Positions 46,464 through 57,003 of a DNA stretch of 64,000 nucleotides are shown in pieces. The notes under the pieces were generated by a model. The model had not been told where the DNA came from. It saw nothing but the letters and a program-made list of their open reading frames with translations, and did not search any database. Numbering within the stretch: the first letter of the stretch is position 1; each line of letters starts with the position of its first letter. The stretch comes from an uncultured delta proteobacterium (GTDB taxonomy: Bacteria > Desulfobacterota > Zymogenia > Zymogenales > Zymogenaceae), in the NCBI GenBank assembly GCA_963735595.1, contig CAVTLK010000005.1, positions 192,001 through 256,000 on the forward strand, written 5' to 3'. The position numbers and the translations under genes were made by a program.

Positions 46464-47960
46464 TTACCTTCCCTTGAGCTTATAAAGGCGGACGTTGGAG
46501 CTAAGCAGGTCTATCCTGTCGACTAATACAAAGTTCTTTGAGAAGTAATTTTCAATCGGGTCGGGTATCTTCAGCGTTATGGAAACAAGCCATATGTACT
46601 TTAGGTCTTTGTTTCTTTCATCCTGGATTAGTCCAACAAACCTGTTGAATTCCTCCACATCTTTAATATTTAGGGTGACCCTTCTCTCCGAGCCGAGTTT
46701 ATTAAAGTAATAATCCAGCGCGTCTTCTTCCCGGACAACCGACACGATTATGGAATCCCTGTAGTTACCGTCGTTGTCGATAACGTATTGTACCGCTTCG
46801 CGATACTGCTCTTTCGTGGGCTTGCTGTAGTAGTCTCTAATAAAGACGAGGTTATACAGGGAAAAGATGGTAATCGCCGCAACCAGGGCTATTTTGCCCA
46901 GTTGACGAACAGGCAGCCGGGTGATCGCGCGCGCCGATAATATATATGCGGCGGGCAGAGATATGATCAGGTTCCTGTACATTAAAACCGGCGTTGAAAA
47001 GAGCGATTTTAAAAACATGATGCCGAACGGGACAAAGAGCCAAAGGAGGAGCATAACGCCCGGCGAATAGAAAGATATTCCTGAGGCCCGGTGCCTTGAC
47101 TCCGCGAGGTATTCGTTTACTTTATTGGTCACGAATAGCCCGAAAATCCCCAGCACGACGGTCAACAGTACCCACGATTCATTAAACAGCCACCCCAAAT
47201 AGTAAAAGATGAAGCGTTCCTTCGGGAAAAACATCTTGTTGTATGGGTTATCAAAGTGCATCCCCATTTTTGGAAGCCACGGTAAATACAGGACGACTAT
47301 CGGCATGTAGATCAGGGCCGTGTACAGGATCTTCTTCCTGTCGTTAAAAAATAAGATTACGAAGTACGCCAGCTGCAGCAGTACTAAATAGAGCCCGAAG
47401 TAATGGAGATAGGACAGGAACAGGCCGCATACGTCGTACAGGATCACGTGAAGGAAGCGCGGCTCCCTATCCTCCTTCAGATCCTTGAGCATGGCAAGCC
47501 AGATAATGGTCGACACGATGACGAAAAGGAGCACCATGCAATAGGCCCGGGCCTCCTGGCTGTAGTAGATGGGAGTCCACAGCACCGCCATGAGGCACGA
47601 CGCGATGAGGCCTTCCCTTTGTGTGTAGAGCCTTTTCCCGAGAAAAAAGATCGCGATGATCGAGAGCGCACCGCAAAGGGCGGAGGGGAAACGCAGGGCA
47701 GACTCACCGTCTCCGAGTAGTCTCTGGGCCAGGCGCATAAAAAAGTAATATCCGGGCGGGTTAAGCTCCCGGTGCATGATCAGGTCAACCATACCCGATA
47801 GGGCGAGAGAAGGCCGGGATTCGCTCCAGGTAAGTAATTCATCAAACCAGAGAGACTGTATCGACAGGCCGTAAAACCTCAGACAGGAACCGAGTATGAG
47901 TACGGCGAGAAGCGCCACGAATATTTTCGTGCTACCGAAGTGCCTTTCTATAAAGCCCAT
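46464..47960 (-). CDS. GT39/ArnT-PMT-like integral membrane glycosyltransferase
   Basis: SLWFDE, NPPGYY, LRFPS, YSQEARAY; many TMs; visibly more AT-rich than neighbours. Confidence 0.82.
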   Translation of the reverse strand: MGFIERHFGSTKIFVALLAVLILGSCLRFYGLSIQSLWFDELLTWSESRPSLALSGMVDLIMHRELNPPGYYFFMRLAQRLLGDGESALRFPSALCGALSIIAIFFLGKRLYTQREGLIASCLMAVLWTPIYYSQEARAYCMVLLFVIVSTIIWLAMLKDLKEDREPRFLHVILYDVCGLFLSYLHYFGLYLVLLQLAYFVILFFNDRKKILYTALIYMPIVVLYLPWLPKMGMHFDNPYNKMFFPKERFIFYYLGWLFNESWVLLTVVLGIFGLFVTNKVNEYLAESRHRASGISFYSPGVMLLLWLFVPFGIMFLKSLFSTPVLMYRNLIISLPAAYILSARAITRLPVRQLGKIALVAAITIFSLYNLVFIRDYYSKPTKEQYREAVQYVIDNDGNYRDSIIVSVVREEDALDYYFNKLGSERRVTLNIKDVEEFNRFVGLIQDERNKDLKYIWLVSITLKIPDPIENYFSKNFVLVDRIDLLSSNVRLYKLKGR

Positions 47961-48058
47961 AACAGCGCTCCGAATGAGGGTCAACGCGCGGCATCATCTT
48001 TCGCGGGACGTTTTCGCAAAAAACTACTTAAACGTATTACGATAATTATGTCAAGCGT

Positions 48059-49093
48059 TTATCCGAATAGTGCCCGGATAGTATCCGTATAGGGGGGACG
48101 TATCACGCCTCGCTCGGTAATGATGGCCCCGATGTACGCGGCCGGGGTAACGTCGAAAGCCGGATTTTTAACCGCGGCGCCGGGCGGGGCCGACTGTACC
48201 CCCATGAACGACCTGACCTCATCGGGATCGCGCTCTTCGATAGGGATATCGGCGCCGGTCTTCGTCTCCGGATCGATAGTCGAGCAGGGCGCGGCGATGT
48301 AAAAGGGAACACCGTGCTCCTTTGCCAGGATCGAGACGGTATATGTCCCGATCTTGTTTGCGGTGTCGCCGTTTGCCGCAATCCGGTCGGCGCCCGTGAT
48401 GACCTTGTCGATAAGGCCTTCTTTGAAGCAGTATCCGGCCATACCGTCGGTAATCAGGGTAACGCCGATGCCGTCGGCCATGAGCTCCCAGACGGTGAGG
48501 CGGCTTCCCTGCAGGAGCGGCCGTGTTTCGTCGGCGATCACGGAAATCCGCTTGCCGGACGAAACGGCCGCCCTGATCACCCCGAGGGCGGTGCCGTAGC
48601 CGGCCGTCGCAAGCGCCCCGGCGTTGCAGTGGGTCAGGACCGTATCGCCGTCGGAAAGGAGTTGTCGGCCGTGCCGGCCGATCGCCTCGTTGGTCCGGAT
48701 ATCCTCATCGTAGATCGCCAGGGCTTCCATCTCCAGGGCCCGGATAATGTCGGGCGGATCGCCCCCGTGACCGTGCGCCAGCCGCCTCATCCGCTCCAGC
48801 GCCCAGAAGAGATTACGTGCGGTGGGCCGGGCAGCGGCGAGAAGCGAGATAACGCCGTCGAATTCCGACAGAAACCGGCGCCGATCGGTTGCCCGTATCT
48901 GCCGGGCGCCGAGGGCCGCCCCCATTGCCGCGGCGACCCCGATGGCGGGGGCCCCGCGGACGGCGAGGGTCTTTATCGCGTCAACCACCTGGGCCGGGTC
49001 TTTGAGGGTGACGTAGCGCACCGCCGACGGCAGCAGCCGCTGGTCGAGTATCCGGATACCGTCTTCTTTCCACTGGATGGTAAAAAAGGACAT
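48059..49093 (-). CDS. mtnA: S-methyl-5-thioribose-1-phosphate isomerase
   Basis: LDQRLLP, VRGAPAIG, THCNAGALAT, ETRP.LQG, NGDTANKIGTY. Confidence 0.94.
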   Translation of the reverse strand: MSFFTIQWKEDGIRILDQRLLPSAVRYVTLKDPAQVVDAIKTLAVRGAPAIGVAAAMGAALGARQIRATDRRRFLSEFDGVISLLAAARPTARNLFWALERMRRLAHGHGGDPPDIIRALEMEALAIYDEDIRTNEAIGRHGRQLLSDGDTVLTHCNAGALATAGYGTALGVIRAAVSSGKRISVIADETRPLLQGSRLTVWELMADGIGVTLITDGMAGYCFKEGLIDKVITGADRIAANGDTANKIGTYTVSILAKEHGVPFYIAAPCSTIDPETKTGADIPIEERDPDEVRSFMGVQSAPPGAAVKNPAFDVTPAAYIGAIITERGVIRPPYTDTIRALFG

Positions 49094-49100
49094 GGGAAGG

Positions 49101-50600
49101 CTAAAACGAAATTCGGTTGAAAAACTTGACGGAGTACCCCTCTTCGTACCGCTCCTTGATCTCCCGCTTGAACTCCTCTAATATTTCGTCGGTATCCTTT
49201 TCGGTCAGGAATTCCGGCCTGAGGAGAAACTCAAGGTTTTCGACGTCGCCGGTGACCGAGATGGGAAGCGAGAGCCTTCCGGTAGGATTCTGTAAGAGGG
49301 AGGCAATATATTCGGGTTTTATATTGAGCGCCATAGTGTGAGATAGGAATAGATTTCCGTTGAAGTCGACAGCGCCGGTCAGTTTGATCTCACCCTTGAT
49401 AACGGCGTCCCACTCTTCGGACTTTATGGCAAGCTTGGAGGTGACGAACCTGTTGCCGGACAAGACAAAGCTGCCGCCGATGATAGAAAAGCTGGTGTCC
49501 AGGATAGTCGTCATCTTGTCATTGGAAATGAGGCCGAGGGACGAAAGCTCCGTCCTGATATTAAAGGCCGGTATGTGGCCGTCCTCAATACGGATAAGCC
49601 CTTCGCCCGAGAGGTTGTCTACCATCTCGCCGGTGGTTTTTCCCGTGGCGGTAAAGGTCCCCTCGAAGTTCAAGACGCCGAAACAGGTGTTCTCGTCCTT
49701 TCGGATAATGCTCAGGAGCTTATCGGCCATGGCGTCGGAAAGCCGGGCATTTACGACCAGCTCTTTATTGAGGGGGGCCATATTACAGTATCCGCTGACT
49801 TCCAGCTTTCCCTCAAATATGGTCGCTTCCATCTCTTCGATCCTGAGGGTATCGTTGCGTATCTTACCGGTGAGCGCCAAGTCATTGAAGGCCAGCCCCT
49901 TGGCGCTGCCGGTCGAGATCGAGATAAAAATGTCCCCCGAAAACGGGATCGACGGCATCTGCGACCTGCCGGCTCCCGGGAGCTTTGCCGCCTCAATGCG
50001 GCTTATCTTGATATCCATATCCTTAATGCGGATGATCTTTTCGGGTTGGGCGTCCACCGGTCTGGTGATATAGCTAACGTCGGCATTCTTCACTCTAATC
50101 TCGTCGGGCAGAATCGCCCGGCCCATAAACGGCGCTACCTTCAGATCAAAAAGGTTCGCCTTCAGGATATCAATCGATATACCCGGGTTTGTCCCGTCTG
50201 AAAGCGTGGCCAGGTTCAGCAATACGCCGTCTTTTTCTATAATCGAGACGACGGGATCTTTAACGACGATCTCGTTGACGACGATGACGCCCAGCAACAG
50301 CGGCATCAGTCTGACGGACACGTCAACTTCACGGGCGGTCGCAAACGGCTCGTTAGAGACATCGGGATCGTCTGAGATCTTGAGGTCCTTAAGGATAATC
50401 TTCGGCCCGGTAATGACCGAAAAGGTAAGGTCGCCAACGGTTACGGAGCGCCCGAGACGCTCGGAAAGCCACAGGGCAATGCCGTGACGATACTCGGAGG
50501 TATCGATCAGCTTGGGAAGGAAGATCAGACAGGCGACGGCGATCAGAAGCGCGCACGATACTATTGAGATTGTAGTGATCGTTCGTCTTGTCATAGCCAA
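49101..50600 (-). CDS. AsmA family protein
   Basis: N-terminal TM, LSERLGRSV.VGD, NLSGEG, LP..V.G. Confidence 0.75.
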   Translation of the reverse strand: MAMTRRTITTISIVSCALLIAVACLIFLPKLIDTSEYRHGIALWLSERLGRSVTVGDLTFSVITGPKIILKDLKISDDPDVSNEPFATAREVDVSVRLMPLLLGVIVVNEIVVKDPVVSIIEKDGVLLNLATLSDGTNPGISIDILKANLFDLKVAPFMGRAILPDEIRVKNADVSYITRPVDAQPEKIIRIKDMDIKISRIEAAKLPGAGRSQMPSIPFSGDIFISISTGSAKGLAFNDLALTGKIRNDTLRIEEMEATIFEGKLEVSGYCNMAPLNKELVVNARLSDAMADKLLSIIRKDENTCFGVLNFEGTFTATGKTTGEMVDNLSGEGLIRIEDGHIPAFNIRTELSSLGLISNDKMTTILDTSFSIIGGSFVLSGNRFVTSKLAIKSEEWDAVIKGEIKLTGAVDFNGNLFLSHTMALNIKPEYIASLLQNPTGRLSLPISVTGDVENLEFLLRPEFLTEKDTDEILEEFKREIKERYEEGYSVKFFNRISF

Positions 50601-50688
50601 TCTCTCCGCATACCCTCACGAGGCCTCGTGTCCGGTCCGTTCGGGTCATGACGGAACCCCGTACGATCCGTCGATTTGTATCGGGCCG

Positions 50689-52122
50689 TTAGGACCCGGA
50701 AAGCACCCTATTAAGCAGGTCGTTTACCATCTGGGGGTTTGCCTTCCCCCTGGTCTCCTTCATTACCTGACCTACAAAAAAGGTCAGCAGCTTTTCCTTC
50801 CCGGCCTTAAGGTCAGCCGCCTCCTTGGGAAAAGAGCCCACCACCCGTCGGATCACTTCCTCGATCTGTGCGGGGTCCGAGATCTGGGTAAGACCCTGAT
50901 CCTTGACGATATCGCCCGCGGATTTTCCGGTCTTTACCATCTCAGAAAAAACGGTCTTGGCGATCCTGCCGCTGATGGTGCCGGCCTCTATGAGGTTGAT
51001 AAGGCCGGCAAAGTTTACGGGGCTAATCGGGCTGTCCGTGATATCACGCCGGTTTTCCTTGAGCTCGCGCATCAGTTCGGTCATGATCCAGTTGGAGGCC
51101 TGCTTGGGAGGGGCGCTTTGCCCGACGACCGCCTCAAAATAGTCGGCCATTTCCTTTTCCGCGCAGAGCACTTCGGCGTCGTAGTGGGGGATGCCGTAGT
51201 CGCACACGAATCGCTCAACCTTGGCGTCGGGGAGCTCCGGGAGCTCGTCCTTGATGTGCTCGATCCACTGACGGTCGATCATAAGGGCCACCAGGTCGGG
51301 GTCGGGGAAATATCGATAGTCGTGCGCCTCTTCCTTGCTCCGCATCGACTCGGTAATGTCCCGCGCGTCGTTCCAGAGCCTGGTTTCCTGGATTACCGTG
51401 CCCCCGTCCTCAAGGACCTGTATCTGGCGCTTTATCTCGTATTCGAGGGCCTTTTCGACGTTTCGAAACGAGTTCATATTCTTGAGCTCGGCGCGGGTGC
51501 CCAGCTCCCGTGCCCCGGCGGGGCGCACCGATACGTTGGCGTCGCACCGGAAGCTGCCTTCCTCCATGTTGCCGTCGCAGACTTCGAGGTATCTGAGGAT
51601 ACTCCTGAGCTTTTTCAGGTAGGCGCCGGCTTCCTGGGGGGTGGTGATGTCCGGCTCTGAGACGATCTCCAGAAGCGGGACCCCCGTCCGGTTCAGGTCG
51701 ACGTAGCTCTGCGGGGCGCGCTCGTCGTGCAGGAGCTTGCCCGCGTCTTCTTCCATATGGATGCGGGTGAGGCCGATCTTCTTTTTATTACCGTCGGTCT
51801 CGATCTCGATATACCCGCCCTTTGCAAGCGGGTGTTCGTACTGAGATATCTGATATCCCTTTGGGAGGTCGGGATAGAAGTAGTTCTTCCGGGCAAACCA
51901 CGAGCCGTTGCAGACCTCTCCTTTGGTGGCCAGCGCCGCCCTGATGCCGAATTCGACGACCCGCTTGTTGAGCACCGGCAGGACCCCCGGCTGCGCCGTG
52001 CACACCGGGCAGATGGAGGAGTTCGGCTCGGCCCCGAATTTCGTGGAGCAGCCGCAGAAGATCTTTGAGTCCGTCAGCATCTGGGCGTGGACTTCGAGTC
52101 CGATGACCGCCTGGTAATCCAT
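50689..52122 (-). CDS. gatB: Asp/Glu-tRNA amidotransferase subunit B
   Basis: [33 protein letters not shown]. Confidence 0.97.
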   Translation of the reverse strand: MDYQAVIGLEVHAQMLTDSKIFCGCSTKFGAEPNSSICPVCTAQPGVLPVLNKRVVEFGIRAALATKGEVCNGSWFARKNYFYPDLPKGYQISQYEHPLAKGGYIEIETDGNKKKIGLTRIHMEEDAGKLLHDERAPQSYVDLNRTGVPLLEIVSEPDITTPQEAGAYLKKLRSILRYLEVCDGNMEEGSFRCDANVSVRPAGARELGTRAELKNMNSFRNVEKALEYEIKRQIQVLEDGGTVIQETRLWNDARDITESMRSKEEAHDYRYFPDPDLVALMIDRQWIEHIKDELPELPDAKVERFVCDYGIPHYDAEVLCAEKEMADYFEAVVGQSAPPKQASNWIMTELMRELKENRRDITDSPISPVNFAGLINLIEAGTISGRIAKTVFSEMVKTGKSAGDIVKDQGLTQISDPAQIEEVIRRVVGSFPKEAADLKAGKEKLLTFFVGQVMKETRGKANPQMVNDLLNRVLSGS

Positions 52123-52377
52123 AAAAGAGCGCCTCGTATAATCTCTAAAAGCCGGCCTCAAGGCCGGAGAAATTTGCCGTATTATACCAAATAATCGGTA
52201 CGCGTGTCGCGTTTTCTGACTAAATTACTATTATAAATATTTAATGAGTGAAGTCCCCGGCCGGTTCCGGCCGGTAAGCGGTCTTGCGACATTGATTATA
52301 TGCAGCACAGATGCCGCGGGATGTCGGACAGGCCGCCGGTTTTCGGGGGGGATTGGTAGATAAGGGCCGGCTGTTTG

Positions 52378-53838
52378 TTACAGGGCCGGCCTGGGGGTCT
52401 CGGCCGTCCGGTGGGCCTCCACGAAGCGGGCGGCCGTAAGGATATCGGGCTCGCCGAGGGGTTTCCCGAGCAGCTGCAGGCCGATCGGCAGCCCCGCGCC
52501 GTTTGTCCCGGCGGGCACCGATATCCCCGGGATGCCGGCGAGGTTGGCCGTGACGGTATAGATATCGCCCAGGTACATGGAGAGGGGATCGGAGACCTTC
52601 TCCCCGATCCGGTAGGCCGCAGTGGGGGCGGCAGGGCAGGCGATCACGTCCACCTCGCCGAAGGCGCGGTCGAAATCCTCCCGGATGAGGCGGCGAACCT
52701 GGAGGGCCTTTTTATAGTAGGCGTCATAATAGCCTGCCGAAAGGGCATAGGTGCCCAGCATGATGCGGCGCTTAACCTCCGCCCCGAAGCCCGCCGACCG
52801 GGTATGCCGGAACATATCGATCAGCCCGTCGTCGGGGCGGACCTCCCGGAACCCGTACCTGACCCCGTCGTACCGGGCGAGGTTGGAGCTTGCTTCCGAG
52901 GGCGCGATGATGTAGTACGATGCCAGGGCATACGTGGTGTGGGGCAGGCTGATATCGATAATCCGCGCCCCCCCCTCTTTGAGCAGCGCCACGGCATCGT
53001 TTACGCGCCGCGAGACCTCCCCGTCCAGACCCTCTCCGAAATATTCCTTCGGCAGGCCCACCCTCATTCCCTTCACGCCGGCAGCCAGCGGCCCGAGGCA
53101 GTCGGGCGCCGGGATATCGAGCGACGTGGAGTCCCGCCCGTCATGGCCGGAGATCACTGACAGCAGCAGCGCCGCGTCTTCAACGTCCTTGGTTATGGGG
53201 CCGATCTGGTCCAGCGACGACGCGTAGGCGACCAGCCCGTATCGGCTTACCCGGCCGTAGGTCGGCTTCAGACCCACAACGCCGGTGTATGAGGCGGGCT
53301 GGCGGATGGAGCCGCCGGTATCGGACCCGAGCGCCCCTGCGCACAGGTCCGCGGCGACGGCCGCCGCCGATCCGCCGCTGGAGCCGCCGGGGACGTAGTC
53401 GGTATTGTGGGGGTTCCTGGTCGGCCCGAAATGGGAAGACTCGGTGGAGGAGCCCATCGCGAACTCGTCCATATTGGTCTTGCCCAGGATCACGGCGCCG
53501 GCCGCCTTGAGGCGCTCGATGACGGCGGCGTCGTACGGCGGGACGTAGTCCTTGAGCATCCGCGATCCGCAGGTGGTGGGGACCCCTTTAGTGCAGATAA
53601 CGTCTTTTATGGCCAGCGGAACGCCGGTAAGCGGGCCCGCGTCCCCTTTGGCAAGGCGCGCGTCGGCCGCCTCCGCCGCGGCAAGCGCCTCTTTTTCGGT
53701 GACGGCCAGATATGCGTTGAGCTTCGGGTTGATCCGGGCGATCCGCTCGATGAATTGCCCGGTCAGCCGGACCGAGGATATCTCCCTCTTTTTGAGGAGT
53801 TCGGCCAGCTCGTGAATGGTAAGTGCGGTCGGGTCCAT
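52378..53838 (-). CDS. gatA: Asp/Glu-tRNA amidotransferase subunit A
   Basis: [44 protein letters not shown]. Confidence 0.97.
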   Translation of the reverse strand: MDPTALTIHELAELLKKREISSVRLTGQFIERIARINPKLNAYLAVTEKEALAAAEAADARLAKGDAGPLTGVPLAIKDVICTKGVPTTCGSRMLKDYVPPYDAAVIERLKAAGAVILGKTNMDEFAMGSSTESSHFGPTRNPHNTDYVPGGSSGGSAAAVAADLCAGALGSDTGGSIRQPASYTGVVGLKPTYGRVSRYGLVAYASSLDQIGPITKDVEDAALLLSVISGHDGRDSTSLDIPAPDCLGPLAAGVKGMRVGLPKEYFGEGLDGEVSRRVNDAVALLKEGGARIIDISLPHTTYALASYYIIAPSEASSNLARYDGVRYGFREVRPDDGLIDMFRHTRSAGFGAEVKRRIMLGTYALSAGYYDAYYKKALQVRRLIREDFDRAFGEVDVIACPAAPTAAYRIGEKVSDPLSMYLGDIYTVTANLAGIPGISVPAGTNGAGLPIGLQLLGKPLGEPDILTAARFVEAHRTAETPRPAL

Positions 53839-53846
53839 GGCTGCTT

Positions 53847-54149
53847 CTATTCTATTACCTTTGGGACGCGCAGGAGCGTTCCCTTGGCGTCGGGCGCGTT
53901 GCCGATAATGGCCGCCGCGTCTCCGGAGGGCCGCACGAGGTCCTCGCGCATGACGTTCGTGTTGGGGATGGCGTGGGTCATCGGCTCGACGTTTGCAGTA
54001 TCGATCTCCCTGAGCGTATCCATGTAGGTCAGGATATCATTGAGGACGTCGGTAAAACCCTTCGTCTCCTGCTCCGAGAGCTCCAGGCGGGCGAGCTTTG
54101 CCACGTATCCGACCTCTTTGGCGGTGATCTTCTGTGTGCGGTCAGCCAT
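53847..54149 (-). CDS. gatC: Asp/Glu-tRNA amidotransferase subunit C
   Basis: VAKLARL..VEPM..MRED..VPKVIE, upstream of gatA. Confidence 0.93.
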   Translation of the reverse strand: MADRTQKITAKEVGYVAKLARLELSEQETKGFTDVLNDILTYMDTLREIDTANVEPMTHAIPNTNVMREDLVRPSGDAAAIIGNAPDAKGTLLRVPKVIE

Positions 54150-54156
54150 ATAGAAC

Positions 54157-55542
54157 CTACACCTCCATCTGCCCCAGGCTGTCGGACGCGGTCATTTTCT
54201 TTGCCTCGCCCCCCTTCACGAAGAGCATCGTGATGAGCGCCAGGGCAAAGAAGGCCGGCACGAGGTAGAACATGGTCTTGTAGTCGCCCTTATTGTAGTC
54301 GATGAATACCCCGACGATTGGGGGGGATATGGTCTGGGCCAGCATCGAGAAGAAATAGTAGAGGCCCGTATAGGTCCCCAGCATTTCTTCGGTGCTGATG
54401 TCCCAGATCATCGGGAACGAGTTAATGTTGACGCATGCCCAGCCCACGCCGGAGATGAACATGACGGCGATTATCACGGGGATTGACGTGGTAAAGGCCA
54501 TGAACGACATCGGGACGATCAGGAGGAGGAGACCCGTGATGATGGTCTTCTTTCTTCCCACCCGCGTTGCCACGAACCCGCTCGGGATGGCGAAGATGAT
54601 GAACGTAATGATGAATATCCCCAGGATCATCGAGGCGGTGCCGGGTTTTAAGCCCAGTGTGTTTACGCCGTAGAGCGTGAAGAAGGTCTCCACCGCGTTA
54701 TAGGCGAAGAACCAGAAGAAGATCGACAGGAAGATGAATACCGTGCTCTTATGCACCCACCTGAGGATGGTGATAAAGACGATCAGCGCAAATACCGCCA
54801 GTGCGATCAGCATGTGCCCCTGGTAGATCGCCTCCTCCTTGAAGAAGGTGAGGAACGAATCCAGCACGCCGGTCTTGTTGAGGATAAGGAACGAGACCAC
54901 CCCCACCGCCAATGCGATAGTGGAAACCTTAACGAGACGCCACGAGATATCCTCGGAGGCCTCGGCGGGTATATCCTTCGGCTCCTTGATGGTGAGGTAG
55001 ACGACGACGATGGCAACCAGCATGACCGCGGCGATCACGAAGAAGGGGACGTCCCGGTTCATGTTGAACAGCGCCCCGCCCGCAAAGACCGCCACCAGCG
55101 CGCCGGCCCCGCCCATGAAGTTGATGACGCCGTTAGCCTTGCTCCTCACCGGCGAGGGGAAGATGTCGGGCATCAGCGCGATGACCGGGGAGCGGAAGAG
55201 CGCCATCGAGAGGTTCATCAGGACGATGAAGGTCAACATGAGCGTGAGCGTCTGCGCGACCGGGATGAGCGCGAAGAAGACCGCGGCAATCGGCGCCCCG
55301 ATCAAGAGATACGGCATACGCCTGCCGATTTTTGTCCTGGTCTTATCGCTGGCGGCCCCGATGATCGGCTGGATGGTTACCGCCAGGATATTGTCGAAGG
55401 TCATGATGAGCCCGATGAGGGCGTTGGATGCTATGAAGCCCTTGAGGAGGATGGGGACGAAGCTGTTATAGAACGTCCAGACGACCGAAACGCCCAGAAA
55501 ACCGAAGCCGAGAAGAAAGGTCTTCTTATAATCGAGTTTCAT
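54157..55542 (-). CDS. MFS transporter (SLC45/maltose MalT-like)
   Basis: QPIIGAASDKT..GRRMPY, ALMPD, YTGLYY. Confidence 0.85.
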   Translation of the reverse strand: MKLDYKKTFLLGFGFLGVSVVWTFYNSFVPILLKGFIASNALIGLIMTFDNILAVTIQPIIGAASDKTRTKIGRRMPYLLIGAPIAAVFFALIPVAQTLTLMLTFIVLMNLSMALFRSPVIALMPDIFPSPVRSKANGVINFMGGAGALVAVFAGGALFNMNRDVPFFVIAAVMLVAIVVVYLTIKEPKDIPAEASEDISWRLVKVSTIALAVGVVSFLILNKTGVLDSFLTFFKEEAIYQGHMLIALAVFALIVFITILRWVHKSTVFIFLSIFFWFFAYNAVETFFTLYGVNTLGLKPGTASMILGIFIITFIIFAIPSGFVATRVGRKKTIITGLLLLIVPMSFMAFTTSIPVIIAVMFISGVGWACVNINSFPMIWDISTEEMLGTYTGLYYFFSMLAQTISPPIVGVFIDYNKGDYKTMFYLVPAFFALALITMLFVKGGEAKKMTASDSLGQMEV

Positions 55543-55700
55543 GGATAGTCCCTCCGAATCGTTTCCTGTTAGGTAACACGACTTTTAGAGCGATTGTCAA
55601 TCAAAAAGGGGTGAAGGGGGGATGGGCCGGTGGGGTGACGCATTGACATGAGGGGCATCCCGTGGTAGTAGTATCATATTACCAATATTTGATGATTCAC

Positions 55701-55773
55701 CGTCATTGCGAGGGCCCGGAGGGCCCGTGGCAATCCCCTGACTCTCACTGTATAACTAAGTATGGTGTCACCA
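55701..55773. repeat. Composite REP remnant: GTCATTGCGAG arm plus one arm of the 27-bp palindrome
   Basis: CGTCATTGCGAG..CAATCCCCTGACT resembles 56555-56605; TAAGTATGGTGTCACCA is identical to 56433-56449. Confidence 0.75.
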
Positions 55774-55792
55774 TAACTTCCCGGAGGACGAT

Positions 55793-56368
55793 ATGGACGA
55801 TACGAGGGTTGTGCGCCCCACGGTCACGGATACGGTGCTGGCCGTCATCGATTTCCAAGGGTCGCTTTTTTCGACGATGGACAAAGAGGTCGGGAAACGG
55901 ACGCTCGAAAAGACGATCCTGTTGATCAAATCGGCGCTTATTCTTAATCTTCCGATCGTTGTGACGGAGCAGTATCCCAAAGGCCTGGGGCTGACGATGG
56001 ACGAGGTCCGCTCCGCCCTCGGCGACGCGTATCGGCCCTCCGAGAAGATCTCCTTTTCCATCATGGGAGACGAGGGGATCGCACGCGAGGTTAGGGCGCT
56101 GGGGCGACGCAATTTTATCCTATGCGGCATGGAGACGCACGTCTGCGTGATGCAGTCGGCCGTGGACCTGGCCGAAGAGGGATTTACCCCCTACGTCGCG
56201 GCCGACGCCGTCTGTTCGCGGGAACGGCTGGACTGGGAGGCCGGGCTCTCGGTGATGGAGGGGGCCGGGGCCGAGATCACGACCGCCGAGACGATCGTAT
56301 TCGCGCTCCTGGGCAAGGCCGGCACGCCGGAGTTCAAGGCGTTTTCGAAGCTCTTGAAGGGGGAGTGA
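55793..56368 (+). CDS. Isochorismatase-family hydrolase
   Basis: VIDFQ, TEQYPKGLG, K.SFS, GMETHVCVMQS, DAVCSR. Confidence 0.9.
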   Translation: MDDTRVVRPTVTDTVLAVIDFQGSLFSTMDKEVGKRTLEKTILLIKSALILNLPIVVTEQYPKGLGLTMDEVRSALGDAYRPSEKISFSIMGDEGIAREVRALGRRNFILCGMETHVCVMQSAVDLAEEGFTPYVAADAVCSRERLDWEAGLSVMEGAGAEITTAETIVFALLGKAGTPEFKAFSKLLKGE

Positions 56369-56372
56369 GAAG

Positions 56373-56639
56373 GAATTTTGGTGACACCATACTTAATTCC
56401 TCGTTTTCAGTTAAATAAGAGATAGGACGAATTAAGTATGGTGTCACCAAAATTCACCTGAATTTGCAGGGGCCGTTCGCGAACAGCCCTCGGGCGGCTC
56501 GCGAGCCGTCCCTGCATACATCCAAACAACCCGTTGCCGCCCCGTAAGATTTACCGTCATTGCGAGCGAAGCGAAACAATCCCCTGACTGTCACCGTACA
56601 ACAAGGGGATTGCGGGCCCTTCGGGCCCTCGCAATGACA
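56373..56639. repeat. Cluster of three palindromic REP/MITE-like elements
   Basis: Perfect 27-bp IR 56373-56399/56429-56455; GGGCCGTTCGCGAACAGCCC-type double hairpin 56466-56517; GTCATTGCGAG..CTCGCAATGAC 56556-56638. Confidence 0.82.
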
Positions 56640-56729
56640 GTTCTAACGCCCCCCCTAATTCGTATCCCCCTATCCGACAGAATTAGACTATTATAATCTA
56701 CGCGCCCATTAAACAAACTGCGAAACTCC

Positions 56730-56758
56730 TTGACTTTACCGCCCTTATCGAATAAAAT
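56730..56758 (+). promoter_or_regulatory. Sigma70 promoter of the ABC-rpoZ-yacG operon
   Basis: TTGACT-17 nt-TAAAAT. Confidence 0.65.
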
Positions 56759-57003
56759 CACTTATTTATGTGGAGACGAACCTCGCGAGGTGGAAGGAAG
56801 GATGAAAGCCGATTTCCCCGATTTTCTGATCCGTGGTTTTTCTCTGTGCCGTTTGACGCACGAGTTTCTATTGCTTCCATTGTCTCTTTTGGCCGCTATC
56901 GGCTTTTCGATAACCCGGGCAGGCATGCCGTAAGAAAACCCAAACCGTACTATTAAATATCAACCATTCGAAATACCAACCCACATTCCAGAGGGGACGT
57001 TGT

